Source: a virus
Taxonomy: Duplodnaviria; Caudoviricetes
Strand: one strand, 5' to 3'
IMG/VR virus record: IMGVR_UViG_3300031911_000003
Location: 11,196-75,195 of that record
Length of the DNA stretch: 64,000 nucleotides
Position 1 is the first letter of the stretch, and every line of letters starts with the position of its first letter. The translations under genes and the position numbers were made by a program. The notes beneath the pieces are model-generated. The model searched no databases. It was not told the origin of the DNA and saw only the letters and a list, made by a program, of their open reading frames with translations. Shown here in pieces: positions 18,574 to 27,477 of the stretch.

Positions 18574-19113
18574 CTACCACCTGCGTCCTCCGTACCCAAA
18601 CCAGTTTCGGTTCGGCGCGGCTCCAACCGGCGTGGCGGGCTGCGGGCGCTCGGTGCCGAGCAACCGCTTGTCGGGAGTCAACATGTAGTCCTGCGCAGCC
18701 TTGATCATCTTGGACGCCCCGGCGTACTTCCGCCTGAAGCGCGCCTCCTCGTCACGCCCCTGGTCGCCCGGTTGGTAGCCGCGGACCTCCATGGCGTAGT
18801 ACGCTGCGATATCGCACACCCAGCCCACCCACGCCTCGCTGTACGCCTGCAACGGCGTCTTGAAGCGGTGGCAGATCATGCTGTCCGCCTCGCGCGACGC
18901 CCGGCGCAGCTGGACGTGGAGCAGCGCGTCGCCCGGATACTGGAAGTCATGCTGCGTCGTCTCGGCGAGAGAGTAGAGGAAGAGCTCCTCGACGGTCGCG
19001 TAGCTGCCGTCGAGGCCGCTCGAGGCGCGGTATAGCGTCCCAATAGACCCGGACCTTCCGCTCGGCGCGGACAGTGTGAAGGCGATTCCCGACGGGGTAA
19101 GAGTGCCAGCCAT
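18574..19113 (-). CDS. Head-tail adaptor, Mu gp36/DUF1320-like
   Basis: YATVEEL...ASREADSMICHRFKTPL...VCDIAAYY...RRKYAGASKMIK; ACCATCT 5 nt upstream. Confidence 0.82.
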   Translation of the reverse strand: MAGTLTPSGIAFTLSAPSGRSGSIGTLYRASSGLDGSYATVEELFLYSLAETTQHDFQYPGDALLHVQLRRASREADSMICHRFKTPLQAYSEAWVGWVCDIAAYYAMEVRGYQPGDQGRDEEARFRRKYAGASKMIKAAQDYMLTPDKRLLGTERPQPATPVGAAPNRNWFGYGGRRW

Positions 19114-19146
19114 GCCCGAGATGGTGGCGAGCCGCGCGCGCTCTGA

Positions 19147-19353
19147 TCACTCCGTCTCGAGCAGCGCGAAGCGGGTCGCGCCCTCGAGCAGCGGCGCGTT
19201 GAACTTCGCGAGGTCCGCGCGCAGCGCCGCGCAGCTGGTTTCAGCTGCCGCGAGCTTGCGGCTGCACTCCTCGCGGGCGCGCTTCTCTGAATCGCGCTCA
19301 GCTTGCGTCTCCCGAAGAGCTTGGGTTAGCTTCCCGACTTGCTCGACTGCCAT
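19147..19353 (-). CDS. Small coiled-coil hypothetical protein
   Basis: 68 aa, heptad-like E/K/R/A composition. Confidence 0.4.
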   Translation of the reverse strand: MAVEQVGKLTQALRETQAERDSEKRAREECSRKLAAAETSCAALRADLAKFNAPLLEGATRFALLETE

Positions 19354-19666
19354 CGCGTCTGCCGGTGTCCGCGCGCACTTCTTGAGCTCGCTGTTGAATT
19401 TCGCGAGGCGCTGTATCTCGGACTGCAGCTGCTCGCGCTCTGTCGTCGAGAAGGTGGGGTCACTCGGCGTTCAGAGCCAACGTCGCTAGGATCAGTCAGT
19501 CGCATGACCACGATCGTCACTACTTTCCAATCGCCTTCCAGCGTGATTCGCATCGCCCGATATTCGCGTTTTGTGCGACGCTCTGTCAACCCTTCGAAAC
19601 GGCCTCCGGAGGTAGGAGAAGCCTCTCCTTAAGCTCTATATAAATTTCCAAATCCAATTCTATATA

Positions 19667-19754
19667 TCTATATTCTACTCCATCTACTACACCATTAACT
19701 AAATATAAGAAATATAAGAAGAATATAAGAGGGAGAAGAAAGGGAGGAGTGCAG
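19667..19754. repeat. 88-bp AT-rich direct repeat, copy 1 (origin-like)
   Basis: TCTATATTCTACTCCATCTACTACACCATTAACTAAATATAAGAAATATAAGAAGAATATAAGAGGGAGAAGAAAGGGAGGAGTGCAG is identical to 57344-57431. Confidence 0.93.
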
Positions 19755-20016
19755 TAGGGAAAAGTGAGCTATAAGAGATTCAAGCACTTAGGAGAACCTG
19801 AACAGAGATTCAGCTGTAGGCAATGCGTAAAGTTAAGTACTCACGACTCGTTCTGCGGCGATACTAATCATCCGTTTAGTTACGAAATTCCCCACATGTG
19901 TGTCTTGTGTGAATCTGTCTGGTTGTGGAATTGTAAGAGGGTGTAGAGGTGAGTGCTTACAATCTTTTACAATTCGAGTTAGCTGAAGTGTTTCGCGAAG
20001 TTAGCAGTTTGCAGTA

Positions 20017-20038
20017 TCTGAGAAGCTAGCTTCTCAGA
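20017..20038. repeat. Perfect 22-bp palindrome
   Basis: TCTGAGAAGCT|AGCTTCTCAGA, 2 nt upstream of a -35 box. Confidence 0.85.
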
Positions 20039-20040
20039 AG

Positions 20041-20069
20041 TTGACCTATCGCACGCCTAAGTATAACCT
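20041..20069 (+). promoter_or_regulatory. sigma70-type promoter, leaderless geometry
   Basis: TTGACC-N17-TAACCT-N6-ATG(20076). Confidence 0.7.
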
Positions 20070-20075
20070 GCGAGC

Positions 20076-20618
20076 ATGCTGAGTATCTGTGTGACGGGCC
20101 ACAGGCCCGACAAGCTCGGCGGCTACGACGCCGCGAATCCGCTGCGGCGGGCGATCCGCGAGGAGTTCAAAGAGAGGCTACTGTGCCTCGTCGGCGCGCA
20201 CCTGCTCGAGGCGGGCAGCGCCGAGTGCGAGGTCTACTGCGGCATGGCGCAGGGTTTCGACCAGGACGCGGCGTGCGCCTGCATCCAGGCCGACGTGCCC
20301 TTCGTAGCCTGCGTGCCCTTCGCCGGGCAGGAGCTCGTGTGGACGCCTGAGGCGCAGCGCGACTACCGCCTGATACTCTCTAGAGCGAAGCGTGTGGAGG
20401 TGCTCGCACAGAAGCCGGCGACGCGCACAGCCGCGGTGAGTCTGCTTTACGTCCGCAACCACTTCATGATCGAGAGCTGCGACGTTGTTGTCGCATGCTG
20501 GAACGGCACCTTCGGTGGGACGTACGAGACGGTGAAGTACGCGCAGCGCCTAGGCAAGCCACTGCACGTCATCGACCCGCGAGCGCTGGCGAATCGAGAG
20601 GACAACCGTGGTAACTAG
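20076..20618 (+). CDS. SLOG superfamily protein (YspA/DUF1273-like)
   Basis: VTGHRP, GMAQGFDQ, PFAGQE..W, RNHFMIE, WNG..GGT..TVKYA motifs. Confidence 0.9.
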   Translation: MLSICVTGHRPDKLGGYDAANPLRRAIREEFKERLLCLVGAHLLEAGSAECEVYCGMAQGFDQDAACACIQADVPFVACVPFAGQELVWTPEAQRDYRLILSRAKRVEVLAQKPATRTAAVSLLYVRNHFMIESCDVVVACWNGTFGGTYETVKYAQRLGKPLHVIDPRALANREDNRGN

Positions 20619-21361
20619 CGCTTCGACTCAGCGAACGTCTTTATCTGCTCGACGGCTTCGGCGATGGAGTGGCAGAGGACATAGCAGCCGCCGCGCCTGC
20701 GGACGCTCTCCATGCGCGCGCACTGCTCTTCTGATTGCGGCTTCGCGATCTTCACCTCGACCTCGAGGCGGTACTCATGGCGTTCAGTTCGTGTCGGTGT
20801 AACCTTACCTGAAGGCCAGTCGACGTGAGGTACTTCGCGCTCGATCGTCAGTCCGCCCGTCAGGTCCGCCGCACCGACGCGGCCGACGTTGCGAACGCCG
20901 TTGGCGAGGAGGTGCCTGCACTGCTCGAGTAGCCGCGTCTGCTTCGGGATGGAGGACGCTGCCTGTGCGGCCGACAGCAGCCGCAACGCCTGCTGCGCGG
21001 TGGACACCTGCACGACGCCACCCGTGAAGCGCCGCTCAAGCCACACCGCTTGGCTGCCATCGGAGAGTCTCAAGTCTGGATGCCCGCAAATGGCGGCGAC
21101 GTAATGGCCGTATGTGTCCGTCTCGCGGACGCGGTGCTCGACAGCTTCTCGGAACACCTTTGGCCATCCTGCGGGGCAGACCCGCTCGATCTCGGGGGGC
21201 CAAGACTTAACAGCCTCTGCTACTCTGTTTTGGTAGATGCTCTGTAGCGCTAACAATTCGCCGGGCTGTTTATTGAGCTTGAATCGTCCGATCTCGATGA
21301 CCGTTTGCCAGCACTCTGCGCTCGGTTTTGCTAGCGCCGCGTCGAGCTGTTCGATGCTCAT
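20615..21361 (-). CDS. VRR-NUC-type nuclease with N-terminal extension
   Basis: C-terminal GAADL...EVEVK...SEEQ...RRGGCYVLCHSIAEA (PD-(D/E)xK type); start at ATG 21361. Confidence 0.75.
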   Translation of the reverse strand: MSIEQLDAALAKPSAECWQTVIEIGRFKLNKQPGELLALQSIYQNRVAEAVKSWPPEIERVCPAGWPKVFREAVEHRVRETDTYGHYVAAICGHPDLRLSDGSQAVWLERRFTGGVVQVSTAQQALRLLSAAQAASSIPKQTRLLEQCRHLLANGVRNVGRVGAADLTGGLTIEREVPHVDWPSGKVTPTRTERHEYRLEVEVKIAKPQSEEQCARMESVRRRGGCYVLCHSIAEAVEQIKTFAESKR

Positions 21362-21372
21362 TTCAATTCTAA

Positions 21373-22485
21373 TTAGACTGGGCACAGCACACCTCTCGTT
21401 TCTACCTGGAAACGCTGCTCCTCGCGCAGCTCGACAAAGAACCACAGCACGCCGCACAGGGCTAGCGCTAGCGACACGCGTACGGCCAGCCGCGGCTCCG
21501 CGCTGCCAAGCACTCCGGCGAGTTTGCCTCCGACGGCCATAGAACTCAGCCACAGCGCTGTAGCGACGGACGCCAGGCGGCGCGGCACGAGCGACGTCGA
21601 GAGGTCTAGGCCGAGCGGTGAGATGAGGACTTCACCGACAGTCGCGAGGAAGTACCAGCCGACCAGGCCGGACATTGAAGAGTCGATGCAGAGCAGCACG
21701 AAGCCGGCAGCGAGCGACAGCATAGCTGCGACGAGGCGCGAGCGCAGGCCCGTCCAAGCGGCCAGCGGCGTGCAGAGAAGCAGCGCGGCGAAGACTGGGT
21801 TCAGGGTGCTGACGCTCTCGGGCATGTCGGCGCGCACGACATCGCGCGCCCACAGGACGAGGCTCGTCTGCTGCTGCTGGAACCCGGCGAAGAACAGCAC
21901 CGCGCCGACGAGCAGCACTGCCAATCGGCCCCACTGCGGGCGCTCGATGTGGTCTAAGACGCTCTCGGCGATGCTCTGCCGCGGTGGCGCGAGCTTCGAC
22001 CAGTTCGCGAGGAGCACGGCGACGCAGGCGGCAAGCGCCAGCGCGGCGGCGCCGAACGCAGCCGACCAGCCATAGCGGTAGTGCAGGTACCCACCGACTA
22101 GGGTGCTCGGCATCGAGCCGACTTGGATCGCGGCGTAGTAGCGACCGAAGGCGCGAGTGCGCTCTGGACCGACGGGGAACAGGCTCCCGAGCAGCGCCGA
22201 CAGGCACGGCTTGAACAGCCCGCAGCCGAGCGCGAGCAGCGGAATCGGCGAGCGGTCAAGTGCCGCCGTGGCGTACCCGCACAAGAGCAGCGACGCGCCA
22301 GCGAAAACTGTCGCGCGCAGCGAGAAGCGCCCGAGGTAGCCGCCGAGGAGCGGCGCGAGGTAGCCCCAGAAGAGCAGCGTGCCGACTTCGGCTGGCGAAC
22401 GCCACAGCGCGAGCGCACCCAAAAATAGATACCAGGCGAAGCGCTCTAGAGCGATGGCTGCGAGGATTGCGCGGTAGGCAATCAT
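21373..22485 (-). CDS. POT/PTR2-family proton-dependent oligopeptide transporter (MFS), compact
   Basis: ALERFAWY (ExxERFxYY-like), GLFKPCLSALLGSLF, AFGRYYAAIQVG and GEVLISPLG motifs; many TMs; ATGA-coupled start. Confidence 0.88.
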   Translation of the reverse strand: MIAYRAILAAIALERFAWYLFLGALALWRSPAEVGTLLFWGYLAPLLGGYLGRFSLRATVFAGASLLLCGYATAALDRSPIPLLALGCGLFKPCLSALLGSLFPVGPERTRAFGRYYAAIQVGSMPSTLVGGYLHYRYGWSAAFGAAALALAACVAVLLANWSKLAPPRQSIAESVLDHIERPQWGRLAVLLVGAVLFFAGFQQQQTSLVLWARDVVRADMPESVSTLNPVFAALLLCTPLAAWTGLRSRLVAAMLSLAAGFVLLCIDSSMSGLVGWYFLATVGEVLISPLGLDLSTSLVPRRLASVATALWLSSMAVGGKLAGVLGSAEPRLAVRVSLALALCGVLWFFVELREEQRFQVETRGVLCPV

Positions 22486-22697
22486 TGCTTCTCTTCTTTC
22501 TTTCCAAAAGCCAGCCAGCACGGCGATACGCCGAGGGCTTCGGCGAGCCTGCGCACCTGCTCGACGCTGGCAGCATTTATACCTTGTTCAATTTGATGGA
22601 TCGTCGTGAAGCTTGGGATTCCCGCGCGCTGCGCGAGATTGCGCAGCGACAGCCCCTTTTCGAGACGAGTAGCCTTGAGGCGCGCGGCGACGCTCAT
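22482..22697 (-). CDS. XRE-family HTH regulator
   Basis: RLKATRLEKGLSLRNLAQRAG...IHQIEQG...LAEALGVSPCWL. Confidence 0.9.
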   Translation of the reverse strand: MSVAARLKATRLEKGLSLRNLAQRAGIPSFTTIHQIEQGINAASVEQVRRLAEALGVSPCWLAFGKKEEKQ

Positions 22698-23173
22698 CGC
22701 GGCGCCTTGATCTTGAGGACGTACAGTGCGCCCGCAGCTTCGGCTGCACCGCCGAGGTCAGTGTCGCGGCTGCTCTTGCCCGGCCGGCGCCAGCGGTTGA
22801 TCAAGTGTCGGGACACTTCGACGGAGGCGGCGCCCGCTAGGTACCATGAGCTGAGACGATCGCCGACCCGTCGGCAAGCTTCTTTCGCCGACATCGGTGC
22901 GATTTGCAAAGAATTGTCGAGCATGAATGCGTTGAAGAGGTAGTCCACCCTGTCGCCGTCGCCCGGCTCGACGTCTTCGAGGGCGAGGTTGGCGATGGGC
23001 GTCTCAACGGAGCGGCAGCGTCTGTTCAATTGCTGCCCATTTCGGGCCGAAACCGCGTCTGAAGGCGGAGCAACCTGCCATAAATCCCACTCCCGTCGCG
23101 CCGCTATCTCGGCGACGTGGTCGGAGAAGTAGCCGACGACTTCGCCGTCGGCGTTGAGTCGGGTGAGCTTCAC
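22694..23173 (-). CDS. Hypothetical protein
   Basis: 159 aa, overlapping starts and stops within the operon. Confidence 0.55.
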   Translation of the reverse strand: MKLTRLNADGEVVGYFSDHVAEIAARREWDLWQVAPPSDAVSARNGQQLNRRCRSVETPIANLALEDVEPGDGDRVDYLFNAFMLDNSLQIAPMSAKEACRRVGDRLSSWYLAGAASVEVSRHLINRWRRPGKSSRDTDLGGAAEAAGALYVLKIKAPR

Positions 23174-23487
23174 GACACTGCTCCTCCTTCACGATGAATA
23201 GTTCTCAACCGCTCGAGTAATTCAATTTCGTCAAGATAAGAGTACTGTTGAGCCTGAAAACTTTCCCATTCGAAACTGCCGTCCAATGCGCCCTGGTCTA
23301 GGCAACTTCTAGGTATCTTTGTAGTGAATGATGCGTTGGGGCGAAGTAACCAGCCAGGCATACTTGATGAAATGGGAACCGTTTGAAGGTCATTAAAGCA
23401 ATTAACCGATAGTTCAATTGTGCCTGCCTCCGAATTAACAGAGTGAACGATTCCACTTATAGCCCAGTCTTTGCTTGCTTTGACCAT
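23170..23487 (-). CDS. Hypothetical protein (AT-richer)
   Basis: 105 aa, visibly lower GC than its neighbours; GTGA overlap downstream. Confidence 0.5.
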   Translation of the reverse strand: MVKASKDWAISGIVHSVNSEAGTIELSVNCFNDLQTVPISSSMPGWLLRPNASFTTKIPRSCLDQGALDGSFEWESFQAQQYSYLDEIELLERLRTIHREGGAVS

Positions 23488-23529
23488 AATTAGAGCCTAC
23501 TCGCGAACTGAAATTTGTCAAGCCTAGAT

Positions 23530-25086
23530 TTACATCTTTCGCTTCGCCTGCTCCATCTCCGACGGGTCGGCGCCCTGCCCGGTCATGCTCCGGAAGACAG
23601 CGTAGACCTGGCGCTCGGACACCCGACCTTGCTTTCGGGCGAGCGATCGCCAAAGGTTCGCGAGTATCTCTATTCGAGCCTGTGGCGTCGAGGCCGCGAC
23701 CTTCGACTTCGGTCGCTCCCCGACGTCGCCGAGCCTGTCAGCCGTCTCTTCCGGCGGAGGTTTCACCTGCGCGAGCGCCGCACCGCAAGAGCAGCTCGCC
23801 TGCGACGAGGGCCAGACGGACAGGCACCGCGGGCAGTACCGGCACGACAGGAACCCGTGCTTGTCGCGAGGCGCGCGGCCAGAGGGCGTCTCGCCGTCGA
23901 GGGTGAAGGTGTGGTGGTCGCGCAGCGGCACGAAGCGGCGCCAGTTCTCTGAGTGGCTGAGCACGCGCGCGAACTTCTTCGGCACGGCTGGCATCGGGCC
24001 AAGCGTGGTTTGTATCGTGTTGCCGTTCGGGCGGTTCACGCGGCACTCGGCCTGCCGGTACAGGCACTCCGACATCGTCGGCGCGCAGTCGCTGAGCGTC
24101 GAGACTGGTACGAACGGCGGCGGGTTGCCGGACGGCCAAAGAATGGAACGCAAGCGCAAGACGCGCTCGTAGTCGCTGGGATTGTTCCACCCCTCGCCGA
24201 TGATGTCGGGGTTGCCCGCACGCACGACGCAGTCGAGGCCAAGCGGCGAGCCGAGAGCACCGCCGATCGCGAGGCGGGCTAGAATGAGATCACGCTCCGC
24301 GGGGGGCAGCTCGCCGTGCAGCACCGCGGCGCGGAAGCCGGCGGCGCAGAGCCGCTCGGCCCTGTGGTGAGCATCCGCGACGCTGACAGCGCGCACCGTG
24401 AAGGGGTAGCCTTCCCAGAAGCGCTTCGCCTCGTCGACCATGTTGCCGACGAGCTTGCGCGTCCGCTGCTCGAGCTCGGTGGCGACGAACTCACCTCGCG
24501 CCATCGGGATGCGCGAGGTATCCGGGGCGTCGAGGCCCTTCACCTCTGGTTCGAGTATGGTCCCGTCGGCGAAGAGTTCGGTGGGTTTCACAGGCTCGAT
24601 GATGACGTCGCCCGGGATGGGCTTGCCGCTGAGGGTGTAGGGCGTCGCGGTGAGGCCGAGCACGTAGACGACGCGGTAGACTGATTGGAACCGCGAGAGG
24701 AGCTTGGTGAACGTCTCGCACGTACCGTGGTGGTGCTCGTCCGAGACGAGCAGACACCTGTCCGCGAGCGACCGGAAGTCACGGCGCGCGAGGGTGTCGC
24801 GGCCGGCGACGCGCAGCGGGGCAGGCTGTGGGCTTGGCCTTCCGGCAACGTATAGACTCGGGCTGAGGTGTCGCAGCTCCGTCGCCGCCTGCTCGATGAG
24901 CTCGACGCGGTGCGCGAGGAACCAGGCGTCCCAGCCACCGACGCAAAGCAGCCGCTCGATGGTCATGCGAGCGCAGCGGGTCTTACCTGCTCCCGGCGGT
25001 AAGGCTAGGATTACGTTGCGGTATTTCTTAGACCAGGCGTCTGGGAGGTCGCGCTCAACGAAGCGCTGCTGGAAGGCGCGCGGCAT
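23530..25086 (-). CDS. SF2 (DExH) helicase with C-terminal zinc finger
   Basis: PPGAGKT, DEHHH, LGLTATP, IIGEGWN motifs; CxxC...CxC near the C-terminus. Confidence 0.9.
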   Translation of the reverse strand: MPRAFQQRFVERDLPDAWSKKYRNVILALPPGAGKTRCARMTIERLLCVGGWDAWFLAHRVELIEQAATELRHLSPSLYVAGRPSPQPAPLRVAGRDTLARRDFRSLADRCLLVSDEHHHGTCETFTKLLSRFQSVYRVVYVLGLTATPYTLSGKPIPGDVIIEPVKPTELFADGTILEPEVKGLDAPDTSRIPMARGEFVATELEQRTRKLVGNMVDEAKRFWEGYPFTVRAVSVADAHHRAERLCAAGFRAAVLHGELPPAERDLILARLAIGGALGSPLGLDCVVRAGNPDIIGEGWNNPSDYERVLRLRSILWPSGNPPPFVPVSTLSDCAPTMSECLYRQAECRVNRPNGNTIQTTLGPMPAVPKKFARVLSHSENWRRFVPLRDHHTFTLDGETPSGRAPRDKHGFLSCRYCPRCLSVWPSSQASCSCGAALAQVKPPPEETADRLGDVGERPKSKVAASTPQARIEILANLWRSLARKQGRVSERQVYAVFRSMTGQGADPSEMEQAKRKM

Positions 25087-26034
25087 CTAGACAGAGCCGC
25101 GACCGTTGCACGTCGAGCAAGTGAACGAAGCCATCTGCATGAATGGCTCGTCGCTGGCTATGGAACCGAGGCCGTTGCAGACAACACAGGTGCGCTTTTT
25201 GGCAGTTCTTGTTGCTTGCTTGAACTCCTCTAACTTCGAGGCTGGAATGGGTGCGCCGTGCGTCAGGCTAACGGGGCGCCGACAGCTGAGACATTTGCCG
25301 CAACGCGGAAGTCGCTGGCAATCTTCGACGAGAAGCTCGTCACGCTCCTTTCTGACCCTTTCGAGAGCAGCACGCGTCTCGGCGTGTAGTGCGATCTCGT
25401 TCTCGAGCGCCGACGGTGCGCGCTGCCCGCGCATCGCATGCTGGCACAGCGTCTCCCAAGTGTCGTAGTCGAAGTCCTTGCCGCGCTTTGTCCGCGCGTA
25501 GGTGACGCACTCGTCGAGGAGCTTCTGGCATTCGAGCATTACTGCGACTTGGTTTGCGTGCGCTTTGCTCTGCGTTTCGAGTAGCGCCCCGAGCTGATCG
25601 GATTCAGAGCGTGCCACATCGCGCGCCTTAATCTCCTCGTCGAGGTCTTTAACGAGGCGCTGCTTCGTCTCTGCCCAGTCAGTACTGAGCTTCGCGAGCA
25701 GTGCCTCCGTCTCGATCGCGAACTGCGCCCCGACCTGCCGTACCCCACTGACGATGAAGTGGCGCGAGATGGCTGCCCACAGCTGGACGTGCTCGAAGCC
25801 GAGTGGCGGGGCTTCGACAGTCACCTGCGCGAGGATCAGCGCCAGCGCGCCGTGCATCTCGTGGGACTGCGGCGTCGGCGCCTCCGTCATGAGTAACTTG
25901 TGGATGGCGAGCGGGTTCGGGCAGGCACCCCGCTTGACGGCGCAGCACAGCGCCTGCATTTGCTCGCATAGCAGCGCGACTTCCGTAGTCGAGGCCGCGA
26001 GCTTGGCGCGTAGGTAGGCGTTGTTGGCGATCAT
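25087..26034 (-). CDS. Coiled-coil protein with C-terminal CxxCxGxG zinc finger
   Basis: CVVCNGLG...CSTCNGRG; ATGA-coupled start. Confidence 0.55.
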   Translation of the reverse strand: MIANNAYLRAKLAASTTEVALLCEQMQALCCAVKRGACPNPLAIHKLLMTEAPTPQSHEMHGALALILAQVTVEAPPLGFEHVQLWAAISRHFIVSGVRQVGAQFAIETEALLAKLSTDWAETKQRLVKDLDEEIKARDVARSESDQLGALLETQSKAHANQVAVMLECQKLLDECVTYARTKRGKDFDYDTWETLCQHAMRGQRAPSALENEIALHAETRAALERVRKERDELLVEDCQRLPRCGKCLSCRRPVSLTHGAPIPASKLEEFKQATRTAKKRTCVVCNGLGSIASDEPFMQMASFTCSTCNGRGSV

Positions 26035-26273
26035 CGCCCCATCTCTTCGTTGCGATCGAGCTGAAAACGCACGAACTTGAGGTCGGCGTGGCGCAGCCCG
26101 ACGAGGCCGGCAAGTGCGAGCGCTAGGCAGATGAGGACGGCAAACAGCGGCCAACGCGGCGGTTGCGGAACGGCGAGCAGCCCGCTCTGCTTGTCTGCGC
26201 GCTGCAGGCACCTCTCAATTTCCGCGTCGCTGAGGGTATAGGTTGAGCGAATGGTATTCTGCGATGGCTGCAT
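26031..26273 (-). CDS. Small single-TM protein
   Basis: WPLFAVLICLALALAGLVGL segment. Confidence 0.55.
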   Translation of the reverse strand: MQPSQNTIRSTYTLSDAEIERCLQRADKQSGLLAVPQPPRWPLFAVLICLALALAGLVGLRHADLKFVRFQLDRNEEMGR

Positions 26274-26307
26274 GATCTACCTCCGAATAGATTTGAGCGT
26301 AGCGGAC

Positions 26308-26337
26308 TGGACACAAAACGTCAATCTGCGGTAGCGT
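26308..26337 (+). promoter_or_regulatory. sigma70-type promoter, near-leaderless
   Basis: TGGACA-N18-TAGCGT-N8-ATG(26346). Confidence 0.5.
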
Positions 26338-26345
26338 GTGCCCCC

Positions 26346-26702
26346 ATGAACAGACGATCATTCTTCAAGTGGTGGCTGGCTGCGATGGCTGCGAGCGCGA
26401 TCCCGATCGGAGCCAAGGCAGTGAAGCCGCGGCGCTGTCGCATATGGCTGTCGGAGTGGCGCGCTGGCGATCTGACTCCATGTGCTGCGACACACCGCGA
26501 GCCGGTGACGTTCCGCGACTGTGCATTCGACGAGCGAGTACGATCGGTCAAGCTCAGTGAGCCTCTGTGCTCTGATTCAACGCACGCGGCCCGCGAGCTC
26601 GAGCGCGGTGACGCCGTCTTCCGCGCCTCCGTCGAGCGCTACTCCCGAATCGACCTGCCGAACCAGATCTACGTCGTCCACAGCGTCGAGGTGCTGCCAT
26701 GA
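26346..26702 (+). CDS. Protein with twin-arginine (Tat) signal peptide
   Basis: MNRRSFFKWWLAAMAASAIPIGAKA fits the RRxF(L/F)K motif plus hydrophobic region and AxA. Confidence 0.6.
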   Translation: MNRRSFFKWWLAAMAASAIPIGAKAVKPRRCRIWLSEWRAGDLTPCAATHREPVTFRDCAFDERVRSVKLSEPLCSDSTHAARELERGDAVFRASVERYSRIDLPNQIYVVHSVEVLP

Positions 26703-27391
26703 ATACGGACCTCATGTTCTCGTCAACGACGAACGAACACTTCACGCCACCATGGGTGCTCGACGAAGTCGAGAAGCTCGGCCCAATAGGGCTAGACCCG
26801 TGTGCGCACCCGAAGTCGGAGGCCTCAAGGCGAGCGCGCTACAGCATCTTCTCGCACCCTCGAGCGCCTGATCAGTGGATTCCAGGCGGGAAGATTCACT
26901 GTTTCAACGATGACGGCCTTCAACATGATTGGCATAGGCTTCTCGTCGCAGATGAGATCATCTTCTGGAACCCACCTTATGGGCGCGAGCTCGCGAAGTG
27001 GGCGGCGAAGGGTGCTGCCGAGAACTGCCCGCAGGTGGCGCTCGTCCCCGCGCGCATCGATACGGCATGGTGGCGCAAGCTCGATCCTGTCGCATGGTGC
27101 GCGCTGTCGGGTCGGCTCAAGTTCTGGCACCTACCACACGATTGGATCGATAGCACAAGTGGTCTGGGTGCCGTATGTTCCAAATGTGCCTTGGCAATAG
27201 ATGCCGTCACCCACAAACATCTGCTTGAACTCAAAGCAATTCGACCGACCTGCCCAAACGCCGAGTCGGTTGAGTGCGAGAACAGCGCGCCTTTTCCCTC
27301 GGCGGTGTGCCTGCTGCACGCCGCACACCTGAAGCAGAGGTTCGTCGAGATCTGGTCGCGGCACGGCTTGGTGTATGAACGGGTTCGCTGA
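26699..27391 (+). CDS. Phage DNA N6-adenine methyltransferase (Dam-like)
   Basis: EHFTPPW, LDPCA, WNPPYGR, LVPARIDTAWW motifs. Confidence 0.9.
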   Translation: MNTDLMFSSTTNEHFTPPWVLDEVEKLGPIGLDPCAHPKSEASRRARYSIFSHPRAPDQWIPGGKIHCFNDDGLQHDWHRLLVADEIIFWNPPYGRELAKWAAKGAAENCPQVALVPARIDTAWWRKLDPVAWCALSGRLKFWHLPHDWIDSTSGLGAVCSKCALAIDAVTHKHLLELKAIRPTCPNAESVECENSAPFPSAVCLLHAAHLKQRFVEIWSRHGLVYERVR

Positions 27392-27477
27392 ATTCATCCT
27401 AGCCCCAGCGTGTGGGTTCTTGTATAAATATGACCTCGTTTAATTGCGCCTCTTCGGCGCAGAGAGGTACAAAGAGC

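Noticed and set aside
1-19113. Tail genes as an eCIS/tailocin or T6SS locus
   Set aside because: Portal, capsid, protease, TerL and a full replication set are present, so this is a phage.
19690-19735. AATATAAG tandem units as a CRISPR array
   Set aside because: Only three 8-bp units with no spacers; no cas genes.
19764-19946. 60-aa two-CxxC ORF within the AT-rich region
   Set aside because: Atypical composition and no independent support; it may be real but could not be called.
20017-20038. Palindrome as a protelomerase (telRL) site
   Set aside because: No protelomerase or tyrosine recombinase is recognised in the window, and the palindrome is short.
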